This document shows, piece after piece, positions 21,607-33,595 of a DNA stretch of 64,000 bases (positions are counted from its first letter, which is position 1; each line of letters starts with the position of its first letter). Below the pieces are notes generated by a model. That model did no database searches. It had not been told where the DNA came from and worked only from the letters and a program-made list of their open reading frames with translations. The DNA comes from Histomonas meleagridis 2922-C6/04-290x. Taxonomy: Eukaryota > Protista > Parabasalia. A program made the position numbers and the translations under genes. The stretch lies in NCBI GenBank assembly GCA_020184695.1, contig JAANOX010000085.1, positions 372,001 to 436,000 of the forward strand. Reading direction: 5' to 3'.

Positions 21607-23697
21607 CTAAAATTCATTAGTTTTTTTCTTGATCCATTCATTCATCAAGTTAACATCATTCGCAAGTTCGAAACACTTTTCAATTGTTTCATTTGTTATT
21701 TCATCCAAAAGTTTCTTTTTTACTTCATTTTCATTCACAGACTTAACAATACAATTTTTGATGATTTCTCTTGGCCGAAAGCAACAAGGATTCGAAATAT
21801 TTCCATTTTTCTTTATATATATTTCAGATTCATATGAATGTTGTTGCTCTTTAACTTTAAACTTTGTGATATTATATGTTGAATTCGGAGGCTTGTTTAA
21901 GGAAACAATTGCATCATGCAGCTCTTTAAATACAATGATAGCTCGTTCATCAGGTTCGCCTGTAACTGGATCAAAAAACATCATGGCACTTTCAACCGCC
22001 CCAACCGTTTCGAATGTTTCGCGCAACTTTTTGTTGGTCATTTTAGAGCCAATATCAGTTACATAAATGGTTCTATCATGGACGTCTTTATTAGATTTGG
22101 ATAAGAGTTTGTAAGTACGAACCATCATATGAAATCCATAAAGTTGACAATCAAATCCAATCGATCTTAAAAAATTTAATGCATTAATTACATTGTTAAG
22201 ATCAGAAAGTGTTATAAAGGCAGTTCGAGAATTACCATTGTTTGAAATCCAAAGATCAACAATAGATTTAATTCCATTCTGATGAAATTTGTCTGTTATC
22301 GTAATTTCAGTTTCTGTTTCTGGTATGTTGTACCATGCAACAACGCGTCCTTTATTGTTATCAGAAAAACCACTTAATATATCATTTGGATCAAGTGGCT
22401 GATACAAATATGTATTAATAATTCCACTTTCCTTATGAGCTGTTACAGCATCAGGATAATGACCAAATAAAACATAACCAATACAACTACCATCACTAAC
22501 TGGTGAAATATATATTGATAATATATCACCAAAAATAGATAACTGTTGTCTAATTTTGGAATATGTAATATCGCCAGGAAGTTCATTTAATTGAAGCAAT
22601 CCTGAATACGGATGTTCAAGTCTTTTCTCTAAATATGGTAAAATACGTATTGGGGTACCCCGCGTATCTATCGTTGTTTTATCGAGTTCTTTTATAACTT
22701 TGTTTCTTTCTGATTCACTTTCGAATTGTGCAAAGCAAACAATATCCGAAGAATCTCTTTTCCCATATACATCAATAAAAACCACTTTTGCAACTTTTTG
22801 TAAATGTTCAATTATTAGTGATTTGTCATCAGTTAAAAGTTCTGTAATGAAAACACGTTTACTTTCACTTGCCCTTAGAACTGATGTATATATATCTTTT
22901 TTAACTGAACTAACAATTGTAAATTGTGGATCATAAAATTCTGCAATTGCATGAGAAGCTGACCTTGGGTTTTCGAAAATTATAAAATAATAATCACTCA
23001 ATGGAAAAGAATCCAAAATCTTTCCAAACTTAGAGAAGACATTACAAAAATTGTAATTATTGAAATCTAAAGAGGATGTATTTGATTGAATGCAAATAAT
23101 GTTTGGTGGTAACTTTAATATTGTATTAAGAATTTTATCCCTTGCTCTATAAAGTCCTACATTGATTACATTTCCATTTATTTCTGCATTTTGAAGAACA
23201 TCCATAGTTGTTTGTGCGTCATCTGAATTAGCAAAATGAACATATGCAACTCCTTTGGATTTTCCATATATGTCTCGAGGTATTCTACATGAAATTGAAC
23301 CATATATTTCTAATGTTTTTTGTAATTGTAATTCGTCAATATCAAGTGGAAGGTTATTTAATTGTAATACAATGTGTTGATTATATGAATTAAAAATTAA
23401 CCAAGAAACTTGTATTTGAATTCCAGTATGATTGATTACAGAAAAATTATCATCAACTGCTTTTTTAGCTTCACTGTAATTGGAAAACGTAATGAAAGCA
23501 TCAGCCATTTGTTGTGAAACACACTTTGAAATTGAAGTTATAGTTCCATATTGCTGAAAAAACCCATGGAGCCATTCTAATGAAACTTTACATGGTAAGC
23601 CACCTACGTGAATCATTCTGCCCTTCAACAAAAATAATGGATCCATTGCATGACGGATATTTGGTTCCATTTTGGCGGTATTTAAACACAATTTCAT
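21607..23697 (-). CDS. Multi-RRM RNA-binding protein
   Basis: Several RNP motifs (IHVGGLP, SKGVAYVHF, IGYVLF, IYVTDI) along 696 aa. Confidence 0.8.
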   Translation of the reverse strand: MKLCLNTAKMEPNIRHAMDPLFLLKGRMIHVGGLPCKVSLEWLHGFFQQYGTITSISKCVSQQMADAFITFSNYSEAKKAVDDNFSVINHTGIQIQVSWLIFNSYNQHIVLQLNNLPLDIDELQLQKTLEIYGSISCRIPRDIYGKSKGVAYVHFANSDDAQTTMDVLQNAEINGNVINVGLYRARDKILNTILKLPPNIICIQSNTSSLDFNNYNFCNVFSKFGKILDSFPLSDYYFIIFENPRSASHAIAEFYDPQFTIVSSVKKDIYTSVLRASESKRVFITELLTDDKSLIIEHLQKVAKVVFIDVYGKRDSSDIVCFAQFESESERNKVIKELDKTTIDTRGTPIRILPYLEKRLEHPYSGLLQLNELPGDITYSKIRQQLSIFGDILSIYISPVSDGSCIGYVLFGHYPDAVTAHKESGIINTYLYQPLDPNDILSGFSDNNKGRVVAWYNIPETETEITITDKFHQNGIKSIVDLWISNNGNSRTAFITLSDLNNVINALNFLRSIGFDCQLYGFHMMVRTYKLLSKSNKDVHDRTIYVTDIGSKMTNKKLRETFETVGAVESAMMFFDPVTGEPDERAIIVFKELHDAIVSLNKPPNSTYNITKFKVKEQQHSYESEIYIKKNGNISNPCCFRPREIIKNCIVKSVNENEVKKKLLDEITNETIEKCFELANDVNLMNEWIKKKTNEF

Positions 23698-24269
23698 TTC
23701 ACAGAAAAAAATTGAATAAAAAAGGTAAGCCGTTTATATTAAAATTTTACAAAAGATTTTCAAAATCTGTCCTTTGGCAAAATCAAGTGCTTTTTTCCAA
23801 AACCTGGAAGTAAATATTAGAATTATATATTATTTCTTTGGTATTTAACACCTTTTGAATGTAAAATTATTAACCACAATATATTCAATATTAATTTCTT
23901 CTTGGCCCATCATTTCGTTTAACAATGCATCAAAAAGTCATAACGACTTCACATACCTTAATAGTTATTTTCATGTTTATTGTAATTAGATAAAGAATGA
24001 ACCCATTTTACTTATCGAAATAGAGTTTATATTATTTTTGAAAATCATTGATTCATTTTATGAATTAATTTCATACCATAAATTCAATGAATTTTTTTTC
24101 TATTTTCCTAATGAATAATTTTCCCTATTTCCATAATATCATTTTGATTCTTGTTGGGATTCCAATTGTCTTCTTTTTATTGTTGATAAAAAAGTGAAGT
24201 GTATTTCAATGCGTACGATAAAAATTTCAATTACAAACGGTTAATGGATTTGGCCAAATCAGATTTTAT

Positions 24270-25013
24270 ATGACCAACATCATTGTTAGAAGAAAAGCTA
24301 AGTATGGTGATTATCTTCTTAAATGGGAAGGAGAACTATCAGACCCTTCAATCGTTACAGACTTAATCGAGCAAAATATTTCTGCATGGATTGAATCTGA
24401 TACACCTTCAATATGGATTAGACTCCAAGGAAATGACTTAAATCACATAAATTATTTTCTTTCGAATGGTTTTAAGATGCATCGCATTAAAAATGGAAAT
24501 ATCCTTGTTCTTAATCGATGGATCCGAAAATACAGTAACACATTACCACCTGGTCCATTTTGCTACATTGGTGTTGGCGCTTGTTGTATTGCAGACGGTA
24601 AAATTCTAGCGATCCGCGAGAATCAAAAAACCGGACCAAGTCCTTGGAAAATTCCAGGAGGCTCATTTGATGTTACCAAAGACAGAACAATATCAGATAC
24701 CGCTGTTCGCGAATGTTTTGAAGAAACAGGAATCAAAGCAAAATTTGAATATATTACATTCCAACGATTTGCATTCAAATCGCCATCACTGTTCCACCAA
24801 CCAGATATATATTATATTGCCAGACTTACACCAATCACAAAAGAAATAAAATCCGACAAAGTTGAAATTTACGAATGTAAATGGATGGACATCGAAGAGT
24901 TCGAAGCAAGTCTTTCTGGGTATGGCAAAGAAATGTATCTTCCTGCAATAAGGGCAAGCACTGGTTTTACTGAACATCAGACATCAAATCCAGATCATAC
25001 TTTCTACTACTAA
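24270..25013 (+). CDS. Nudix hydrolase (NUDT6-like)
   Basis: WKIPGG...AVRECFEETGI Nudix box, preceded by a NUDT6-like N-domain (GFKMHR...LVLNRWI...LP). Confidence 0.85.
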   Translation: MTNIIVRRKAKYGDYLLKWEGELSDPSIVTDLIEQNISAWIESDTPSIWIRLQGNDLNHINYFLSNGFKMHRIKNGNILVLNRWIRKYSNTLPPGPFCYIGVGACCIADGKILAIRENQKTGPSPWKIPGGSFDVTKDRTISDTAVRECFEETGIKAKFEYITFQRFAFKSPSLFHQPDIYYIARLTPITKEIKSDKVEIYECKWMDIEEFEASLSGYGKEMYLPAIRASTGFTEHQTSNPDHTFYY

Positions 25014-25704
25014 ATTTTTTGGAAATTTCCCTTCATAAATTACAAATTTAGATTCATTTTTTGCTTTATTACACTTTAGTCATTTATTTCATTCGTATAT
25101 CGATCAGAAAATGAAGAATCAATTTCTCATAAAATCATGTCTTTAACAAGTATGCGGGAAAAAAATTCCTTTAAATAAGGGGCGGTACATATTTAGCTAA
25201 ATAATTATATAATATAATATTTTTAAGTTCATTAATGATGAAAATATTTAATATAATTCGTTAAAAATTTATTTTTTCTTTTAATTTCAGCATTTGATTC
25301 AAAAAACGTCGTTACCACTTTTTATACATAACTGTAATTATTTATTTGGACCATCTTGAAGAAATACGAAAAGAACTGACAAATAAAAATTTGTAGGTTT
25401 TGTTTTTCTTGAACTCATTTTTATTGGATTTTTTTTTAAATAATTTGATTTTTTGATATAATTTTGGAACTCATCTGCTTACTATTGCATATTTTAATAA
25501 ATTTTTCACATATGATTCAAATACTATTCCATTCTCTTAATTGAAGTTTTCGAGTGTTTTATGAATTTATTAAGATATCCTCCAATTCTGACTCCTTTAG
25601 ATTGATTTGTATTAACATTTACAATATCATGGCCTAATATCTTAAGAGATATTATACTGAAACCTGAAACATGCTATCATTGGAAAACAAAGCAATACAT
25701 GGAA

Positions 25705-26313
25705 TTAATTTTTATTAACGTTTGCAAAGTAAGCCTTCAAATCAACACCAGCAAAATTGGTCATGAATGTATACTCTGAAACATGTGATTCAAATTGTTT
25801 AAAGTCAATGGATCCTGTTTTATCAGGATCAAACTTCTGGCAAGCTGAAGTGACCAACACTTCTATTTGATCATCAGGAAGATATGTTAATTTCTCCTTT
25901 GCAATTAGGAGCATAATTTCTTGAAGTTCGCTTATTTTCACTATACCATCCTTATCTAGATCAAATAAATGAAATGCAAGCTTTAATCTTTCTTCTTGAG
26001 ATGCCCTGTCACAAAGAGAAGAAAATCCATGAACAAATTCTTTGAAATCAATAATTCCATCACCATTGGCATCAAATGCTGAAAAGATATATTCTGCTAA
26101 TTGTAAACTTGATATACCAAAGACGTCTTGGAAATCGTGAATTTTAATACCTGGTTTACGCTTATGTACTTTTACAAGATCTTTAAATCGAGAATATAAA
26201 AGTTTGATTTCATCAGCAGAGAAATGTGTTGATGACTCCAATTCTGAAATTGTTTTGTGTGTGAGCTTGTCTCTTTTTAGTTTTAAAGCAATTTTGCTAC
26301 CTTGAACACCCAT
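25705..26313 (-). CDS. Calcineurin B/NCS-like EF-hand protein
   Basis: Start MGVQGSK; EF hands DANGDGIIDFKEF, DLDKDGIVKISEL, DPDKTGSIDFKQF. Confidence 0.88.
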   Translation of the reverse strand: MGVQGSKIALKLKRDKLTHKTISELESSTHFSADEIKLLYSRFKDLVKVHKRKPGIKIHDFQDVFGISSLQLAEYIFSAFDANGDGIIDFKEFVHGFSSLCDRASQEERLKLAFHLFDLDKDGIVKISELQEIMLLIAKEKLTYLPDDQIEVLVTSACQKFDPDKTGSIDFKQFESHVSEYTFMTNFAGVDLKAYFANVNKN

Positions 26314-26768
26314 CAATATTTGTGAAGTAAGATACAGATAGAAAATTGAATAGCCATAAAATGTTCGAACGTTCATTTTTCAATTGAAAAGGTGCATCTC
26401 GGACAAACAAATCAAATCGGTGATACGACCAAATCTTGTTGTAAAAAAGTGGCTTTGAAAACTTCCGTTAGAGATTTCGACCCAATTCAAAAACTGCCTC
26501 AAGAAGATCTTCTCGTTTCATGCAATGAATTCATCTCACTATCATAAACAACAAGACAACGAATTCTTTTGTTATGGTGTAATTACGCATGGTGAAAAAT
26601 TATAAATTTTATCAAAATTCAAATTTGGTTTGACAAAAACATATTTTTTTTACTTATAATATGTTACTCACATACAACACTTACATGTTTACAAAGAAGA
26701 GTCGGCGTTTTTTTTAAATAAAGCAATAATATCATTTCAAAACAATAGATTTTATTATATAAAAACAT

Positions 26769-27467
26769 TTATGATTGACTTTGTGAACTACTTGGTTCAC
26801 TTTGATCGTTAAATTCTTCTTCTTCATTTCGATCAATTGGTTTGATGCACGCCATCAAAATAAGATCAATAATTAGAATGATAATTATTGCCCCATAAAC
26901 GCAAACCAGCACAAGAGTGACGATGAAAGCGGTTTTGGATCTCTGATCAACATATTCTTCAATTTTATCAGAACAATCTCGATTTTGACTGCATCCATTG
27001 GAATCCATCCAATCCTGAAAATAAGAAGGTGGACTAGTAGAATTAATCATTTGTGAAAAGGATGTTAAATATTGTGTTTGTTTGTTTGGTGCATTAAGAC
27101 ATATTGAATAAATCCATAGTACTAACTGTGCAATTAACGCTAATGCTGTGATAATTATCAGCAAGAAATGTACGGCAAAGAAATATCCATAAATATAAAT
27201 TATAACTAGTGTAATTACCAACATTACAATAGCCCCATATGAAATAGCCATGTAAGAGCAGACAATGTCTCTCATAAGTTTTCCGTTTTCGAGTGAAATC
27301 CATATATCGTTATTTATCCATGTGAACCAGATTGTCCCCCAGATCCCTCCTATTAATACCATAATAATAACGAAGCAGCATGCTAACTTAAATAGGCACA
27401 TAAAGTCGCCTATCCTAAATGTCAGCCTTTGACCAAAGTTAAGTTTCATTTTAGGGATTGCGTTCAA
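26769..27467 (-). CDS. Multi-pass membrane protein, tetraspanin-like topology
   Basis: Three N-terminal hydrophobic segments, a Cys-containing loop, a fourth TM helix and an acidic tail; no CCG motif. Confidence 0.55.
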   Translation of the reverse strand: MNAIPKMKLNFGQRLTFRIGDFMCLFKLACCFVIIMVLIGGIWGTIWFTWINNDIWISLENGKLMRDIVCSYMAISYGAIVMLVITLVIIYIYGYFFAVHFLLIIITALALIAQLVLWIYSICLNAPNKQTQYLTSFSQMINSTSPPSYFQDWMDSNGCSQNRDCSDKIEEYVDQRSKTAFIVTLVLVCVYGAIIIILIIDLILMACIKPIDRNEEEEFNDQSEPSSSQSQS

Positions 27468-28037
27468 ATCTTGAACGTTTCCACTTTTTCAACTCCAAAC
27501 AAAAGTAACGGTTATCGATATTTCAATTTATTAGAAAAGTGTTTTTAAACGATTTACCACGCGGTTTTCTTTCTTTTGGTCAAAGTGTGATTTTTTTTTT
27601 TATAATCACAGGCTTTAAAATAGTTTTGAGATGTCTTATAGCATTTAGATTTGTTCACTATAGTGGTAAATTATAGAAAACGGTCTTTTTATAGGTCTAT
27701 AAGGATGAGACAAAAATCTTCGAGAATATATTTTTTCGGACATGTGATATGAAATAGTTTACATAAAATTTTAATAAGTAAAAATATGTATTAGGTTTGC
27801 ACAAAAACAAACAATTTTAACTTAAGAAATCTTTCTAATGACAAAAATATAATTTGGAATGTCATAATTTGTTCAATCGATTGCAACTTTGATCATTCTA
27901 TAGAATACCTTGGCGAAGCACCCACAAAACTTACGGAAATGTACGCACATAAGAATAGAGAGGTCCGTGGTTCAGCCTACCATGCATTTGACTAAAGATA
28001 AATGATATAATTACAGGATGGTTGTATTTTACTCATT

Positions 28038-30917
28038 TTAAAAACCTTTTGATTTGAATAGTTTTGGTTTTTGATTGCAAACAGCTTCAACAAGTTTCAT
28101 ATCAATTTCAATTCCTTCCTGTTCTAGTAAGTTTTTGAGTTCAGTATTATTATTTTTGCAAGCATAAATGTATGCATTTTGAAGTAAACTCATTAAATAC
28201 CAATTTTTAAATAAAAACATCAAAAACAAATAATAAACATTAAACACATGAACAAAATATCTTTTGCATTAATATCAACACCTTTTAGTATTAAATTCTT
28301 TACAAGTTCAATATTACCATTTGAAGATGCATATAGAAAAACTGTTCGAAACAATCATAACAAATTCCAAATTATGTGAATATATAGAAAATAATTAAAA
28401 TAGTTATTAAAGATAATAAACAAATGTCTTTAGCATTAACCTCAATTCCATTTTGTTCAAGAAGCAATTTAACAATTTCAAAATGATTATTTAAAGTTGC
28501 CAACATAATGGCCGATTGAAATAACGCAAATATTTTTCAAATGAATAAATAAAATATAAAATAATTATATTAAACATTAAAGAAAACAAATATATATCTC
28601 TAGCATTAATTTCAATTCCTTTTTGCTCGAGAAGTAATTTAACAATTTCAATGTGCCCACTTGCAGAAGCCAATATAAGAGCTGTTTGAAATAAATAAAA
28701 TAAATTCCGAATGAATAAAACATTTATTAAATAATTAAATAAAATATTAAATAAATTAAATAAATATCTTTTGCATTTATATCTGTGCCTTTTTGTCTAA
28801 GAAGTAATTTAAAAATATCAATATTGCCACTTGAAGATGCAATCATAAGTGCTGTTTGAAACAAATAAAATAAATTCCGAATGAGCAAAACAAATATCAA
28901 ATAATCAAATCAATTATTAAATAAAGCAAATAAATATTTTTTTCATTCATTACATTAATGTTTTTTTCAAGAAACAATTGAATAATATCAATATTATCAT
29001 TTGAAGATGCTAACAAAAATGCTGTTTGAAATAATTCAAATAAACTCCAAATACTAAAAATAAGCAAGAATTTATTAAAATTAATATCAAATAACATAAA
29101 TATACATTTTTTGCTTCAATCTCAATATCATTTTGTTCAAGAAGTAATTTAACAATTTCGAAAAGCCCATTCATAGTTGCAATCATAAGTGATGTTTGAA
29201 ACAATTTTAATAAATTTTATAAAATAAAAATAAATCCAAAATTATTGAAATGAATTCTATATTTAACAAGTAAATATCTCCAGCATTAATTTCAATACCT
29301 TTTTGCTCAAGAAGTAATTTCACAAGTTCAACATCACCAGTTAAAGTAGCAATCATAAGAACTGTTTGAGATAATTGAAACAAATGCCAAATATGCAAAA
29401 TAAATAGTAAATTATTAAAACAAACTTTAAATAAAACAAATAAATTCTTTTTGAATTTACATTAATTCCTTTTTGTTCAAGAAGAAACCTTACGATTTCG
29501 ATTTTATCAAATCTAGATGCAATCATAAGTGCTGTTTCATATATTTATTATAAACTCCGAAAGATGAAAACAAACAAAAAATCATCCAAATCGACATCAA
29601 ATTAAATCAATGAATATTTTCCGCGTTAATATCAATTTCTTTTTCTTTAAGAATTGCTTTAACTATTTCAGGATTTCCTGATTGAATAGATTGAAGAAAA
29701 GTGGAATTAGATATTTGTATACTTTCTTTGATGGAATTGAACAAATATGTATTTCCACTTTTTAATATTTCATCACTAATGTCATTAATATTCATTCCTT
29801 CCTGTATTAAAAATGATAAAATTTTGAAGTTATTATATTGTATACATATTTGACCAAGATAATTAATGTTCTCTTGAGTTAAATTATTTGTATATTGAAT
29901 ATTATTAGGTGAACATCGTACTCCACATCGAGCTTGGCCAACACCGCCTCTTACCTGGAACATGGATCCAGTAAATGAACTTTTATCAACTATTTTCCCA
30001 ATTTTATTTTTATAAAGATAGTAAAAAATATCATTTCTATGAAATTGAATTGCTGCTTCATAAGCACCTTCAAATGATGAATTATTTTGTTCACATAAGT
30101 GAACGATTTCAAGATTCCCGCCTGCTATTGCATATTTTCCCGTAATGACTCCATTCGGGTTTTTTTGTTTTAAATATTTAAAACACTTAATTGCGCCGAA
30201 AAATGCACAATAATCAATCATGGATACATTTGATTGATTAATAAATGAATGCCTTTCATAGAGTGATGGTTGAATGATTTGATTAAAATCAAAATAATTT
30301 TGTGATGATATTTCTTGAAGTTTTTCTATTTCATCATTAACAAGTATTTTTGCAATTGCGTTTGGATTATGTCCTTCTTTAATTAGTTGTTTATGAAGTT
30401 TCCAATCATTCTTCGATATTTCTTCATACTTTTTGTTATATTCTGAAGTATATTGGATAATACCTTTGAAATTTGGAGTATGATAATGAGCAAAAACATA
30501 AGTCATTAAGTTTTTTACAATATTAGGCTCAATTAATTTTTTATCAATTAATTCCTCTAGTAGAAAATATGAATCTTGAGTTTCAACACCAAGTAAATAA
30601 TTAGAAAAAACGTTTATAAGGTTGTTTTCAAGCTTATGATTTTCTTCTTCCTTAGCATTCAAAATCTGTAAATATTGAAAAATAAGATTTTTGTTCTTCT
30701 CAGGCAAAATAGAAATTGAATATAAAAATCTTGAAATCATTAAATGAAATGTATAAGGAAAATTCTGATCAAAAAGATTTAAGGTTGATTGAATTGCTGT
30801 TTCAACATTATCTTCATTAATTTTATATATAATTTGTTCTAATGTTTGCATTACTTCCATTTGCACTAAGCCAAGCACAATTTTGAAAGACCCAGAAAGA
30901 TCGAAACAAAAAGCCAT
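28038..30917 (-). CDS. DUF3447-type ankyrin-repeat gene; 436-aa N-terminal ORF followed by 9 in-register ankyrin modules split by 71-nt spacers
   Basis: ORF has DYCAFFGAIKCFKYL, YAIAGGNLEIVHLCEQ, AIQFHRNDIF. Modules: 29541-29443, 29371-29273, 29201-29103, 29031-28933, 28861-28763, 28691-28593, 28521-28423, 28351-28256, 28184-28038; all stop-free (e.g. FQTALMIASSSGNIDIFKLLLRQKGTDINAKDI). Confidence 0.85.
28185..29612 (-). repeat. 170-nt periodic array: ankyrin module plus 71-nt AT-rich spacer (9 spacers)
   Basis: The last base of the Thr-position codon (ankyrin xTAL motif) falls at 29533, 29363, 29193, 29023, 28853, 28683, 28513, 28343, then 28176. The last step is 167 because that module is one codon shorter. 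Confidence 0.92.
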
Positions 30918-31649
30918 TCACAATTTCACACAAAAGTTTATGTTGTTTACACATATAAATTATACAAAATCCCGCAGAAAAAGACGACCGTTACAACATC
31001 TAAATCCACAATAATTTTATTGCATGGATTTTCATTAGCAAACAACATATCAGAAATCTCAAAACGAATGCAATACAGCATTCAAAGATATAATCTTCGG
31101 TTTTAACATATATATGTATATATGCTCAATCATCAAATTTTATTATCAGCAAATTTTGTAATAAATATCGAATATCTTATGATATCATAATGAGCCGAAT
31201 GATGTATACATCTCTTTTGATCGATAATAATAATTTTGATATATAATTCTTATTTGATATTATTAGAGGAAATTGAAAAATTTGAAGACAATAGATACAT
31301 TGGCTTCTAAATCGACTCTAAATTGAGCATTAAATGATTAATTTTGTTTCTTTTATTTTTTATTCATTTGGCTCCCATGTACATCAACGGCAGAAGTGCA
31401 GGTACACCAGAACCCGATCTAGCTATCTCAAAATCATTCACAAAACATGTTTGATGTTTTATTTTGCCTCAATTTATAGCACATATTCCCACTTTTCGTT
31501 ATGGTTGTTCTCACTTTTGACAGGGCATAAAAAAAAACATTTACAACGGCCTATATTTAATTCAAATTTGAATTAAGATCTGAAGTAAAGTTATCTCCTC
31601 ATTGAAAATTCAATACTCTATAGAATTTTAATACAAATGAATTGCACAC

Positions 31650-32615
31650 TCAATGTGCCGAGAGCGCGTAGGGATGAATCCAAGCCTTTCTCATGAATCT
31701 TACTCCGTTGGTACTTTTCCTCTTCACACTACTAAGCTGTGCTTGTGGGGGTGGTGGCTTTTTCGCCTGAGGGATATTACCAAATGCATTGATTTTAGGT
31801 TGTGACGTGGATTGCGTAACCTTTAACCTAGGCAATCCCTCCGGAGCAGTAAAGTACTTATCTTCACATACTTCTTGGATCGTAATACGATTCTTGGGAT
31901 CAAATTTAATCATTTGTTGAATCAAGTTAAGAAGACGCTGATCAATCGTTTTGGGGAACTTAACTTCGAAGCTTGCATCCTCAGGCGGACCGTTGGGGAA
32001 GAGTTGTTTTCCAGTAATGATTTCATAGAATGTAACTCCTAATGACCAGACGTCAGCCTTAAATGGATCATAGTTTTTGCTATAGAAAGTTTCAGGCGCA
32101 AGATAAGGTTTGGATCCACATATGTTATTCACACTTTCTTGATATGATGAAAGACCAAAATCTCCTAATTTTGGCCTACCATACTTATCAAAGAATACAT
32201 TCGAGGGTTTGATGTCTCTGTGAGCTATATTTGCCTTGTGACAAACATTAACAGCTTTTGCGAGTGCTTCGATAATCGACCGGGCGTCAAAGGGATCCCT
32301 TCTTGCGATAGTTGTGGCGAGTGACCCATTACAAAGCTCAAGAATTAGGAAAAGATAGCCCTCGGAAATAAAATAGTCATAAATTCGCATAATATTTATA
32401 TGGTCGAGAGACATAAGAGCATAAAGCTCCATGTCATTGTAATTTCCGTTTTCGTCGATGAACTCGGGAGAAATTGGAGTTACTTTGGCACAAAAATTTT
32501 GTTGATATTTATTAGAATAAACCTCAAAACAATAAGAATATGATCCACTTCCTATCAGACGATTGAAGTAATATCCGCCAACTTGAAAAGGAAGAGATTT
32601 CGAGAGGTCATCCAT
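31650..32615 (-). CDS. CAMK-group Ser/Thr protein kinase
   Basis: IGSGSYS, AHRDIKPSN, KLGDFG, GSKPYLAPE, DVWSLGV. Confidence 0.93.
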   Translation of the reverse strand: MDDLSKSLPFQVGGYYFNRLIGSGSYSYCFEVYSNKYQQNFCAKVTPISPEFIDENGNYNDMELYALMSLDHINIMRIYDYFISEGYLFLILELCNGSLATTIARRDPFDARSIIEALAKAVNVCHKANIAHRDIKPSNVFFDKYGRPKLGDFGLSSYQESVNNICGSKPYLAPETFYSKNYDPFKADVWSLGVTFYEIITGKQLFPNGPPEDASFEVKFPKTIDQRLLNLIQQMIKFDPKNRITIQEVCEDKYFTAPEGLPRLKVTQSTSQPKINAFGNIPQAKKPPPPQAQLSSVKRKSTNGVRFMRKAWIHPYALSAH

Positions 32616-33595
32616 CAATCCTTGCGAGGATTATTGATTTTTTACTAACGGTTTTTTAAACTTTTTTTGTGCAAATTTTTGTTTGAAATCAGTTCACATT
32701 AATTTTACAACGAAATTCTTTCGTCTTTTTCCGGCAAGAAACATGATGAAAAAAGAAAATCCTGGATAGCTATTCATCTCTTCCTTTTGGAAATTTGTAT
32801 TTGAGAATAAAAAAAGTTAAATATTGCTTATTTAACCTTAACACGGATAGAGTCAGAACTGTGACGCTGTTGATCGCAACTTATCAAAAAGTGGTAATTG
32901 AAAATTTCTTGTCGAAAATTGGCTGAATAAACTGGTTGGGAAAATCAACAGCACTTTTTGATCCGTTTCGCTAGAATCACGTTCAAAAAGTGAAATCGAT
33001 ACTGAATTCAAATTTTCATGAAAATGTTGCTTTATTGCACAATGCACTTCAAAATGCAATTTCAAAAATCGATTAGCCAATTGTGTTGTGATTTTGGTGT
33101 AATATGCTAAGCTTTGCAAAAGATATTTTTATCATTAAAAAATATATTAATAAACATCACATTCATTTTTATTTCTAATAGCGAAATCGGAGTTTTAAGA
33201 AACCGTTAAAACCAACCCTTAATATAACCGTTTATCGTTTTCTCATAACCGTTTATAATTTTTACGTAATTTCCTGAAAAATGCTGTAACATTTGCTTTG
33301 GGTAATAACCAATTTTGAAAACTTTTGCATATGATAATTGATCAGTATTCTCTCTTATTTTTTCTGTAAGAAATTCGGTTTACTATAAAATTTCATCTTG
33401 TGAATAATATAGAGCCATCTCAATTATTTCCGAAAACTTCCAAATCTTATAATGGCACGTAATTTTGAATATTAGTTGGAAATTCTAACTTGGAATTCAA
33501 TCACAAATAAAAACAAAGGACGTAAAGATTTTAAGCCTGAAAGAACGGGGCATCCCAAAACGTTATAATTGATAAAAACAGAAATGATCGGCGTC

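Noticed and set aside
28185-29612. CRISPR array interpretation of the 170-nt periodicity
   Set aside because: The conserved part is protein-coding ankyrin sequence with synonymous variation; eukaryotic context; no cas genes.
28185-29612. U12-type AT-AC or standard GT-AG introns for the spacers
   Set aside because: The AT..AC cuts tested (78, 82, 84 nt) do not restore frame. The AG in ACAG is absent from several units. There is no ATATCCT 5' site or CCTTAAC branch site.
28185-29612. Read-through of spacers with one -1 frameshift per unit
   Set aside because: Several spacers have in-frame stops well before their 3' end (for example codon 2 at 29609 and codon 12 in two others).
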